A stretch of DNA of 59,434 nucleotides, filler included, from Basidiobolus ranarum (Eukaryota): the NCBI GenBank assembly GCA_040143965.1. It is 3 parts of 3 records of this genome, joined end to end, with 100 filler letters (N's around TTAATTAATTAA, not from the genome) between each part and the next. Parts side by side here need not be neighbours in the genome. Positions count along the whole stretch, not along the records: positions 1 to 19,784 come from JASJQH010000242.1; positions 19,885 to 39,640 come from JASJQH010000243.1; 1 more part is not named here. The stretch is one strand, 5' to 3'. The position numbers and the translations under genes were made by a program. The notes beneath the pieces are model-generated. The model searched no databases. It had not been told where the DNA came from and was given only the letters and a program-made list of their open reading frames with translations. Shown here one piece after another: positions 12,654 to 24,356 of the stretch. How positions within the stretch are numbered: the first letter of the stretch is position 1; the number at the start of each line of letters is the position of its first letter.

Positions 12654-15600
12654 TTAAACATGCTTCATTTGATGTGGTTGCTTATCTTGAAACATGAATC
12701 TCTGGTTAGGAAGTCCAACACTTCTCGATGGATCTAGTCGGATATTCAGTTCAGTCTCTCCAACAATTCCTTTCACCAGTTCAATAATGATCTCTTCTTC
12801 TATCGAAAATTCTAGCAATGCCCACGCATACGTGTAATATGTAGTCAGCGTACAGTTGCTTCTTAATTCAACCGGTAGCTTCTGAAATGCAAATTCGCAA
12901 AGCAGTTGCCGTATTCCGGAAACTGAAGGAAGGTACCTAGGCATTGGTGATTTGGTACGTAGCGCTCCAGAGACATTGTATAGATTGAGAACTAGGATGC
13001 TCATCTGAGACAACAATTAGTAATCAAGAACGTAGAGTATTTTTATGGAGTCTAATTGTCCTAAATATGCAACTTACAAATTCTCGGCGATACTCGTTGA
13101 TAGGCATCATGTATTTCTCATAACACTCTTGAGGTAGCTGATTGAGTGTACTCCGGATAACAAGAGTGAGATCAAGCATATGCTTTAACCGAGTTAAAAT
13201 CTCTCTGTACACATCGCTTTGGAATGGGCCTCGAAGTCTCGGCTCAGTCATTGACTGAGCGAAAAGTGCTTGCGATTTCATCAAACTATTCAAGACCTTA
13301 GTAAAGTCACAACTGAGCTGCTTTTGAATACGACGGTCTTCTTCTCCGTCTTTCTCCACATTATGAATATTGAATAGAGAGGAGAAAATATTTAGATCTA
13401 GATTAAATATATGGGAAAGTTCCAAACGAAGTTCTACACGCGCAATATAAGGTGCGATGAACGAATGAACAAGAAATGTCATCAATATGCCTGCGTCAAC
13501 CGAAGCGATCCTCTCAATGGCCACAAGATAGGGCCTTTTCTCCAACTTGCGATATACCCACTCGTTAAATATAACCGCGACATAGGCAGTTAGTGACACT
13601 GATCCCACTTTGTTCAAAGGGTTATGAATAAAGAGATACCACAAAGGGAAACTGAATACCGTGAAGCATACAGGAAGTGCGTACTGATTACTACGGCTTA
13701 TCTCCCAAACGGCAAGTCCCCAAAAACCTCCAAGAATGGTCCCAATAAACCGCTGAACCCCAATGGTGAATACAGCACCGATAGCCACGTTAGACACGAT
13801 GTTGGCAGTAATGAGAGACCATTGTCCATGGTTTGAGGAGTACCATGCCATTGAGCTGTCGAAATACGCAGGAAGCGCCAAACAACCAAAAATGATAGTG
13901 AATTTGAACGCGTAAACGATGCGCTCAGACCGGCACCATCGTAAAAATTCCCATAGCAAGCGCCTAAAGGTTCGTTTGTTCTCTTTTTCCTTTTGTATTT
14001 CGTACAAATATGTTCCAATAGACTCTTTCCGTGCCGGAGCTGGTTGTGTTTGGACTAATCTTGAACGCTCTCTCAAGTCAACTTGCATTGGTTCACTTGC
14101 AGATTCTTTTTCTTCAGTCACTCCGAGTCTTCGGACACGGCTTTCAGCATGGTCCTCCTGAGCACCAGCAGAAAGTACCTCGTCGTCATCATCTTCAATA
14201 CTATCACTTTCATCTTCAGAGGTATCTAATCAAAATAAATTAAATTAATTGCGATTTAGAAGGAAGATGTTAAAGTCAATATTTACTCTACCTTTATGTG
14301 CACGAATTTCTTTTTCCTTCTGTGAATCGCTATGTAACCACTTGGAGAAAGAGACCTTGGGCCACCAGAGTCGCTTCCGCTTACATACTTTAGGCCTTAG
14401 TTCCTCTTTAGATTCCACAATCTGTTGCACCGAAACAATCACTTGTTTGATTGAATACATATACGCAGAAGCGATCAGAATAGAGTCGTTGGCGTCATCA
14501 CCATTTGACACTGCATGCAGTTCCTCACTAACTGTGGCATGGACGAGTTCAAATTTGGTCAAGGCATCCGCTAAGAGTTGTCCCGTAGTCACACTCTCGT
14601 CAACCTGATAAGGAAGCTGTTCCTGTGGCAAAGACATGATCGGTTGGCTTTGGTCGCTAATAAACTCGAAACCTTCAATGAGTCTGTTGATAGCTACGAC
14701 AACACTATATATCAACTCTGGAGTATGTTTGATCAATATATCCAAGTATAAGTGGATGAGTCTTTCGTTGTTTCTCGGTATCTCCAAATTATGCCTATTT
14801 ACTTCATAAATATCGATATTCACACTTTGATGCGATTCACTATCATTTCGCATCTTCTGACCATCTAGAACACTCTTCAGTAACATCCGCAAGTGGTGCT
14901 GAAGTTTCACCAAATTACCAACCGAGTGAACTATTTGCCGAGGATCGATTTTGCCGTAGGTAATTTCGTATCTAGCTTGACGAAACATATCTGTCAATTT
15001 GAACATAGTCATCTGGATATTTGTGGCCTTGACCTCTAGCTGGTAAGATTGTACCGCATCGTAGTCAGTGGTTTTTAGAGCTTCTGGAAGTTTGGAAAGA
15101 ATCTCTCGAGTCTGTGTAAGAGCTGAGATTATATTATTACTAGATATATTTGTCAAATCAATAGGTTAGCTATCACTCAAGCGAACGAATAGACATGGTA
15201 AAATAAAGTAAATGATTACCAAACAAGAGCCGTGGAACTGACGGGCCAGAAGACAAAGTTCACTATGAGTGTAATGAGACAACCAGCTACTTGCAAAATC
15301 AAGATTTTGCAAGGAAAGAGAAAACTAAAATGCGGATTATCAACCTCTACAGTAAATATATAGAGAGGTGGAATAAAGCCGATTATCCATAACATAGCTA
15401 GTTTCGGGTATTTTGCTTTCCCGTAACCAAACAAAAACGCAGTCGTCAATAAAAATGCGAAAGCAATCCATCTTCCACTTGGTGCACCAATATTCTTGTT
15501 GGCTGTTGTAAAACACACCATTCCAAGGGCAGAGATACCTAGTCCGATGGCAATACCGATTGTAGCAACAATAAAGCTCTCAATATGAGATCCAAGAGGA

Positions 15601-15812
15601 AGAAACGGTGGTGTGATCATGACCATAGCGATGATTAGGTACCCTAACGCTCCAAAGTACTGTGTAACTGGTGTTGCCATGAAAATACCTGAAGTAATTA
15701 GACAAGCAACCATTCCTTTGAATATGGCCTGCCATTGTCGCTTAGCTGGTCTCCAGAAGAAAACTGATGGTAATCTAAAATATTTGGTTTTACTAAAAGG
15801 ATCGGACTTCAT
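12654..15812 (-). CDS. FUSC/ArAE-like multipass membrane protein, paralog 2 (4 exons)
   Basis: Colinear with paralog 1, with the same three intron positions and long identical peptide stretches. Confidence 0.85.
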
Positions 15813-16927
15813 TTTACGAGTCCAAACCGATGGTACACCTACTTATATAAATTTCGCATTGTTATTGCGCATATGACATTTCTTCATAAGAATTGCCTTT
15901 TTCAATTTACGAAGATGAATGATTGGAATTCTAAATCTTTGTACCAGTGAGAAAATTTCCAATGTGGTTGGATAGAATTCCAATTTAGTAGCTAGGATTA
16001 GCCTTACCTTCGAAACTGAACACATCAATATCCTGCTCATTGGGTAAGGCTTTAGTATGGCTGAAGTTTCCCAGTTTGTATCTCTCAACTAGGTCGGTAT
16101 TACTACAAATATTATACCGTATTCTCTCAAATTGTATTTTGGGAATGAAATTGAATGTTTCTATTAGATAAACCTAAGGAAGAGCAATAGATAGTAAAGA
16201 TATTCGATTACCATACAGTGCCTATCTTCAGAATATGCTGTTAAAGTTCAAAAGAAAATAAGATCGTTCAGTCTACCCAGATTGTTGGGGCTCCTTGTGG
16301 ATTTCGAACTTGATAGCATAGACACAATATGCAAAGGATCTTGTGGAACGAACATCTTATCTATAAATAAGTAGAGTATGAGCATTTATCCTATATGCAC
16401 TTTGCCTAATCGAGTGTACGCAGTATACTCGTAAAAGCTAAGAGCAATATCGAGTTCCTAAGACTAGAGTTGGTTTATAGAGATTCCTACCGTACCAATT
16501 ATAGCACTGCTTCTATCTATGCTGGTCGTTTTCTATTACGAACGAAATAAGAAGGGTAATTTCTTTTTTGCCAAAACTGGAGTTTTAAGACATATTAGCC
16601 TTCGGTCCATAATACTAGTAAATTTACCCTTGAGCAATAATCGGCCCGCACTCGACTTAAGATCCTCCACTACCCGGATGAAAATAACGTTTATGCAACC
16701 TTTACTGCATAGTTAGAAGACAAATAAATGATTTAGGTTTGCTAACAAAGCATCAATATGACTCTTTGTCTAACCAGGTTTTTAACCAGTTCAAATCCCG
16801 GAACTCAGATTGCGGATATTGCATGAAAGGCGGAAATTCTGAAGTTTGATTATTGAATTTACACTATTGGAAGATTTTGCACAATAAAAAAAAATTGATA
16901 AGTGAGTGAGCTTCAAACAAAGAGGTA

Positions 16928-19384
16928 ATGATGAATCGGGTTATATATCATTGCCTACCACGTAGTCCCCGACAACTTCATACTTTATACTCTTCTACAA
17001 CTCGGTCAGTATCATCCCATTTGCGATTAAACTTTCAGTTTTTCAAGATGAGTACCACAACATCTACTGGTAGACCACTCCCAAAATGGCATGTTCCTAA
17101 AAAACCTGAACAACCAACTTTATCTTTGTACAACTCGTTGACAAAGAATAAAGTTGAACTCGTTCCCCAAGCAGGAAAAACTTTAACTTGGTACAACTGT
17201 GGACCCACCGTCTATGACGCTTCTCATATGGGTCATGCTAGAACTTACCTAACCATTGACATCCTTCGCAGAATTTTAGAAGACTATTTCAATTTTGACG
17301 TTTTGTTTGTTATGAATATTACTGATATCGACGATAAAATCATCCTTCGTGCTAGACAAAACCATTTGTTTAATAGCTACAAAACTTCCACCCAAAGTTT
17401 AGACCAACAAGTTATTGATCAAGTTCAAAGTGCTTGGGAAACTTATACCACCTCAAAGCTTGGTCATCTCGACGCTGAAGTTACCAAACACTGGACAGAA
17501 TTTGAAAGTAAGGTTGCCGCTGGAGAAATAACTGATGACGATCCAAAGTTCCCCATGAACTTTACCTCCATCAAAGGTGCTTATCACGCGATCCAAAAAG
17601 CCAGAGAACTTTTGAGTGCTGGTAACGGAAATAAAGAATCCGTGGATGAACTCCTAGAAGCTTCACAAGATGTTGTCTCCGCCTGGTTGGATAAAGAAAA
17701 GGGTGATTCCGTTACAGATCCCAAAGTGTTCCGCGACTTGGCTGCTCACTGGGAAGCCGAATACATGAAGGACATGGAAGATTTGAACGTAAAGCCTTGC
17801 GATGTTCTAACTCGCGTTAGTGAGTATGTTCCAGAAATTGTTCAATACGTTGAGAAGATCATTGATAACGGTTATGGCTATGAGGCTGATGGCTCCGTTT
17901 ATTTCGATACTGCTGCTTTCGATGGGCATGACGATCACTATTATGCCAAGCTTCAACCTTGGTCTGCTGGTAATACTGCTTTGACCGAAGAAGGTGAAGG
18001 TTCATTGGGAGCCAAACTTACTGGCAAGAAGAGTCCATCCGATTTTGCTCTCTGGAAGAAGTCCAAGCGCGGTGAGCCTGCATGGGACTCCCCTTGGGGT
18101 GAAGGCCGTCCTGGTTGGCATATTGAGTGCTCAGTAATGGCCAGTGAGGTTCTAGGTCAATGCATGGACATCCACTCTGGCGGAATTGATCTTGCTTTCC
18201 CTCATCACGATAATGAGCTGGCTCAGTCTGAAGCTTATCATGGATGCCAACAGTGGGTAAACTACTTCCTTCATCCTGGCCATTTGCATATTGAAGGACA
18301 AAAGATGTCCAAGTCCTTGAAGAACTTCATCACTATTCGCGAGGCTTTGGATAAATACACCTCCAGACAACTTCGTCTATTCTTCTTGCTTCACCAATGG
18401 GATAGCAAGATCGATTATAAAATCAGTTCAATGAATGAGGCCGTCAGCATTGAATCCGGATTTAACAACTTCTTTGCCAACGTCAAAGCATTGAGCCAAG
18501 AATACCGTCTTCACGCCAGCGAATCTGACGGTACCCATCGATTCCGTGATGCCGAAAGAGATATGCTCGCATACCTTAATGAGAAGCAGAGCAAGGTCCA
18601 TGCCGCTCTCTGCGACTCTATCAACACTCCTGATGCCATCCAAGAGTTACTTGATCTTATCAACAAGACCAACATTTACATTTCCGGTGGACGTACCAAG
18701 ATCAATGTGCCTGTTGTGGAGAAGATTGCCAAGTACATCTCTCGTATCATGAAGACCTTTGGACTTGCCGACGATGGCCAATTGATTGGATTTGGCACCT
18801 CTGGTCAAGGCGTTGCCAATGCCGAAGACATGATCATGCCTTATCTCAGATCATTGTCTCAATTCCGTGATAATGTCCGTGAAATGGCTAGAAACCAAAA
18901 GCCCCATTCCGAGTTTTTGGTTCTAAGTGACAAACTTCGTGATGACGATATGGTTGAATTGGGTGTTGCTCTTGACGATCAAGAGGATGGTAAAGCCTTG
19001 GTGAAGTTTGTTGACCGTGAAGAATTAATCCGTGCTAGAGAGTTCAAGAAGCAGAAAGAACAGGAGAGAGTTGCTAAGAAAGCCGCTCTACTAAAGGCCC
19101 AGGAGCTTAAACGTCAAGAGAAACTTGCCAAGGGTAAGGTCGCTCCACAGGTGATGTTCAAGGAGGGAGAATACCAAGATATGTTCAGTAAATATGATGA
19201 AGAGGTAATTCCATTGTTTGACATTGCTTATTGATACATTCTAAATATTTGCCTTCTTATCTAGGGTTTCCCCACTCACGACAAAGCCGGTGAAGAATTG
19301 CCAAAGAGTCGTCGCAAGAAATTGACCAAGGAGTTTGAAAGTCAAAAGAAACTGCATCAAGAATATCTAGCATCATTGAATTAA
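16928..19384 (+). CDS. CRS1: Cysteinyl-tRNA synthetase (intron 19205-19264), with an N-terminal presequence-like extension
   Basis: WYNCGPTVYDASHMGHAR (HIGH-type), GRPGWHIECS, DLAFPHHDNE and KMSKS motifs. The last exon reads GFPTHDKAGEELPKSRRKKL. Confidence 0.97.
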
Positions 19385-19520
19385 TCAGTGATTTATAACG
19401 TATAAATATTAATTCATAACTAATTCAATTAAAGTGCTTATGATTTACTCGCGCTGCTCAATACATTATTATTTATGCTACCGTAGTATTAATTTTTGTT
19501 ATATGTTGAAATTAGCATTA

Positions 19521-19784
19521 CCTAAACACCAATGTAGTCATATGTAGCTTAGTATTTAATTATCCTATATTGAACTAATATATCACCCATTATTCTCATG
19601 AGGAATTTACTTGCAAGTTCACCAATATATGAGTTTTTTCAAACTTGTGCTAGAGGCCCCAAACTTTGCGCACATGTTCCTGGGATCTTCCTTAACACAT
19701 TCTACATGTTAGTTTGTTTACATCTTGACAAAACTATAAATGTCAACTTTCTACTCAATAAATCAATAAGTGAAAACCACCCAT
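19521..19784. repeat. Dispersed repeat family A copy, truncated by the contig end
   Basis: Aligns by eye over about 260 bp with about 24052-24300. Positions 19727-19781 are identical to 1-55. Confidence 0.9.
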
Positions 19785-19884
19785 NNNNNNNNNNNNNNNN
19801 NNNNNNNNNNNNNNNNNNNNNNNNNNNNTTAATTAATTAANNNNNNNNNNNNNNNNNNNNNNNNNNNNNNNNNNNNNNNNNNNN
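19785..19884. other. Artificial contig linker
   Basis: 44 N + TTAATTAATTAA (stops in all six frames) + 44 N, exactly 100 nt. Confidence 0.98.
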
Positions 19885-19892
19885 TGAGTACC

Positions 19893-20325
19893 TTCCTTTC
19901 TGCTTACCACCTTTGCCCCTTAACACTATATTTACATCCTCTGAGCTTGATTACATTGGTCATCAGGTTAAGTATGGATATGATCCAGTATTGTCTCAAT
20001 ATCTTAAAAGATTGATGTCTTGATTGTCACTTTGCTTATTTTAGTATTTAAGCTAAATAAAGTCCACACCATCTGGTGCTTTTCATCCCCCCTAACCCTG
20101 ATTTTATTTTTGTTAGGGAATATTTTCCTTTCTGCTTACCACCTTTACCCCTTAACACTGTATTTACATCCTCAGAACTGGATTATATTGGACCTCAAGT
20201 TAAGTATGGATATCATGCAGCTTTGTCACTAAATCTTAAAAGATTGATGTCGTGATTGTCACTTTGTTTAGATTAGTATAGAAGCAATATAAAGTCCACA
20301 CCACCTGGTGCTTTTTATCCCCCTA
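19893..20325. repeat. Tandem repeat B, two diverged copies with a 232-bp period
   Basis: TTCCTTTCTGCTTACCACCTTT.CCCCTTAACACT starts at 19893 and 20125. Similarity continues through AAAGTCCACACCA.CTGGTGCTTTT.ATCCCCC. Confidence 0.9.
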
Positions 20326-20789
20326 GGCTCAATAAAGAATATAAAAACCTAACCCTAATCCTTAAATAAAAATCACGCTGCATGGTTGGTTTTCATCTCC
20401 TAAGGAGAACAACTTTATTACGTAAAAGTTCTCAGGAAGTTTTAACTGTAACTTGATTTAGGCAATTGTGTGCGACCAAGAAAAAATAGAATTACTTTAT
20501 GCTTGATGTCCCCTTTAATACAAGTGACCCCTGATAACTAAAGCTCATTAGATATTGATGGGAACATACTTTCGGTATTACCCTTTGTCTTTCTTAATTT
20601 GTCTACCTGCTGTTGACAGGATCATTGTCATTAGAGTCTCTCGTATCTCAGCAATTCCATGTTTGTAATATTTTGCCCTAAAATCAACTGCTAGTATGAT
20701 ATTTACAAAATAAGCAAAATATAACGCAAGCCCATATTTTTATTTCCATGCAAACCAATAAGAACTTCATTTGAATCTGACTATATCAT

Positions 20790-23165
20790 TCAAATGACTT
20801 CCCGAATAAGCTTCCAAACACCTTTTAGTTTTTGTTCTTTTTGCTGCAAACATGTTCTTCGCTCAGCCAGCCCCCCAGGCTCATCAAAAAGCTCCTCAAG
20901 ATACTTTGCAGGTTTATTGAAGACATTCATTTTGTCGCAGAGCTCCCGATCTAAGGCAATGACCGGTCGAATATAAGCGTCATCCACAAACAGGGGAATA
21001 TAGTCGCCAAATCTTTTACGCGCAACTTTGAAGTAGGCTTCACAGCAAGCCATCACATGAAGCACTTCATTGTCAATTTCGGGAATAGGGGGCACGCTCG
21101 TTTTAGACTTATCCCAATACATCTGTTCTCTTTTTTCCGTGGATTCTTTTTCCAAGTTTACACGATACTCTTTGGCTTCTTTCTGTAGTCTATTTAAAAT
21201 GGCTTCTCTTGTAGTGTCAAAGTAATGACGATTACTTGTATATGGAAAGTAAAGCTCTATTGCTAATAAATTTGAAAGCTTTGCGGATGTCGCCTCTGAT
21301 AATACGGCAAGATAGGTATTTACGATAGGTCTTGACGAGGAGACTACAATTAATAATGGAATAGTAATATTTACTGTCTAACTACATTTTACCTTGACAG
21401 CTCAAGAAACCTGTGAAATCTTCCGATTTGCCCCTGCAAAACGTGTTTAACATAGGCTTCCATCGTAGCTTCAATTGTTTTAAAATATGTTTTTGTTATC
21501 TCCGGCCATTGCCTTTGAAGGATCTTGAAGACGAATCAGAAGGAAAATTAGTATATCGGTCATGAAATATTTAGGTCTAATTACTTTTATAATTTCAGCG
21601 GTGACTTCGGGTGAGGTGTGTCCGGGGAGTTCACGACCTTTGCGCTCTCTGATCAGTTTCTGCACATCAGTATATGTTAGCTTGTCTTTGTCGTTAGGTG
21701 CTTTGTCGCCGAAGACAAATTTCGGTCGCGTTTGTCTTATCCTCTCAAAAAACTCTTCACTTTCCTTCATGATAGCTTGATATAAATCTTTGTTTTTCTT
21801 GGCCGATACTACATCGTCCAAATGTTCCCTTAAGCTTTGTAAAGCATCCAGATATTCTCGTTGTAGATTGCTTGCAAGTGGCCTTGGAAGTTTGCTAAGT
21901 TGCTCATCTACAGACTCCATTGAATTCTGCAACGTTTCACGCATGATTGGGAGGTTAATTTCAATAAGTCGCACAAGCAGGTCAGAGAGCTCACTACTAA
22001 GATTGGCTACTCCTAGTTGGCACTTATGATCTCTTTCAAGCGACCTCCAAGGCTCAGTAGATTCAAAAAATTGATTCTCCAAGTTACGAGCCTCTGTACG
22101 AGTTAACCCATCTAGTAACTCTTTTTTAGATGGATTTCGAACCATTGTATATCCTAACGCTAGTTTATACTTTAATCCTTTGAGCAACTCAAGCCATACT
22201 GCTTCGCAATGTAGCTCAATAGTATCAGGTTTGGTTAGTACTCCCAAAGTGCGCAAGCCCTCGGGATCTGCACTTTTTGCCATCTGAATAACTTCTTGGT
22301 TGTCAATATCATCTTTGCAGGATATTGTAGCAACAATGATTGTTTTCGGTTTTTCTATATACACTTGTACCAAACTACGCACCAGAGGAATAAGGTGATT
22401 ATCATTCGGGTCATCAACACTTCGAATGATCCCAGGCAAATCGATGAGTGATAAATCAATGTCTGTAGAAAAGTTAGGATCGGAAAGAGCACTGTAATAT
22501 CGGATTTATACGTGCCTGCTCCTTTTATATGCAGAACAACAACATTCTTGGTAAACTGTAAGTCATCTGGTGAATCATCAAGGTTTACACAAGCAAAGAA
22601 ATCCGTAGCCCTTTCTGGGTTAAGAAGAGCGCGTTGAGCTCTATTAAAGGGAGAAAAGCATTGAGTTGCGGGAAAAATTGTATGTCATCGTTAACTATTA
22701 ATACCTAATTACTAACAATCCAACATCCTTCTTAGCCTTTACAGATCCAAAATACTTTTCCTGTGGCCGATCTAAAATTTTGCCGTTGGTATCGTACTCT
22801 TTTCTTAGCGACACTACACACTCCCAACTCGATGAAGATGTAGAAAGACGTACTTCCATGGGGCAGCGAGTGCATGTTCCATCGGATCTGGGTAATTCAA
22901 TCTCTATGCGATATTAAAATACTAGTGAGTAACCACAGACCTGGCATAATGGTCTTTTACAAGATAAATGCTTACCCGATATTGCTTCAATCAAGCTAGA
23001 TTTTCCAGCTGATTGATTGCCACAGAAAACAATAGTTGGAATATCCAGGTCCAAATTGGCACCACAGTCACGCATTGCGTCCACAAGTTTAATGAGCACG
23101 GAATGTCTTTTTTTAAATTTGGAGCTTTCCAAAAACGAACTAGTAAGAGCGGATTTCATTGGCAT
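20790..23165 (-). CDS. Mx-like dynamin-family GTPase (6 exons; GTPase, middle and GED regions, no PH domain)
   Basis: G1 GNQSAGKSS, LPRSDGTCTRCP, G3 IDLPG, G4 LTKPD, RGRELPG-like KGRELPG, PYTSNRHYF and GED-like AYFKVARKRFGDYIP. The frame is intact after five introns. Confidence 0.9.
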
Positions 23166-24051
23166 CTTGTTAACTTGTAAATCGAGGTCGTTGAGATAGT
23201 CGATGATATGAATAACCCAGAGCAAACCAGTATATATAGATAAATCACATAAATGTTAGACTAAGAAGCGTTGGAATCTTTATCGAAACTAGGATGCGAC
23301 GTTGATGAGGTCAGTTCTCGTATCTTCTTACTCGAGAGCAATCGGTAGTCAGCATGGCTTTGAAGTAGACACGAAAATGCATAGTTATTATTGAAAGATA
23401 GAAAATCCAAGTATATAAACCACAAGCGGAGTGTTGTAAATCCAGCTTGCTGAGCGGTGAAATCGGAGTAAAACCTCTCCACTCTGCTTAACTAAAGAAC
23501 TTTATTTAATTACCCAAAAAAGCTCGATCGAAGTTATGGCATACTTTCACCATTGTTGGTATCAGCATGCTGTAAGCAAGATTACTCTGGATAGCCCAGT
23601 TCCAAGTCTTATGCATTTATTGTACTAATAGTATTATTAGCAGTGGTATTATTCAGATCTATTTAGTAGGCTAATTTCGATGAAACGGAATCAGTTGCAA
23701 TTATCTATCGTGTTTCATGCTAATCATAATCAAAGCCCAACGGAATCATAAAACTATTGTCATTAATCCCGCTCGCTATCAACCGATACGCGTAATACAC
23801 GGCGGTATAAGAGATAAAGTTATGAATGTAAACTGTCTCATGAGAAGGTTTATTTCAAGCATCGTTTTTATTATCCACTTATTTTACAAATTCCAAAATG
23901 TTTATCAAATACTGTTTAGGATACGAAGTACCTTTATGAATATTTACATTTCTTCTTGGTTGAAGCAGCATATACATATTGCAATAAGTATGTACTACAC
24001 TTTATCCCTTGAATTGTTCATGTAGCCTTGAGAACTGCTGAAATTCGCATT

Positions 24052-24356
24052 GCCTAAACACCTATATAGTCATATATAGCTTAGTTATCCCATATTCCAC
24101 CAAGATATCACCCATTATTCTCATGAGGAATTTACTTTGTTCTTAGATATATAGATTTTTCCAACTTTTGATAGAAGCCCCAAACTTTGCACACATGTTC
24201 TTGGGGCCTTCCTTAAAATATTCTAAATGTTTGTTTGCTTACATCTTGACAGAACTATAAATGTGAACTTCCAACTCAATAACTCAATAAGTGAAAACCA
24301 TCAATTTCCCTTTTCTCCAAACTACTTCCAACGGGCTCCCGCAATGCTTTAACAAA
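24052..24356. repeat. Dispersed repeat family A copy (longest visible)
   Basis: Shares CCTAAACACC...ATATCACCCATTATTCTCATGAGGAATTTACTT...CCCCAAACTTTGC.CACATGTTC...CATCTTGACA.AACTATAAATGT with the 19521 copy, and its 3' part with 1-105 and 398-505. Confidence 0.9.

Noticed and set aside
16768-16808. tRNA-like B-box (GTTCAAATCC) upstream of CysRS, with a similar motif near 12180
   Set aside because: No anticodon arm or acceptor stem can be folded and the region is too short for a tRNA. It could be chance.
19829-19840. Palindromic TTAATTAATTAA as a biological site
   Set aside because: It is centred in 44+44 N and repeated exactly at 39685-39696, so it is a synthetic six-frame stop linker.
19521-24356. 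Repeat A copies apparently flanking the Mx-like gene like a composite transposon
   Set aside because: The left copy is on a different contig, across an artificial linker.
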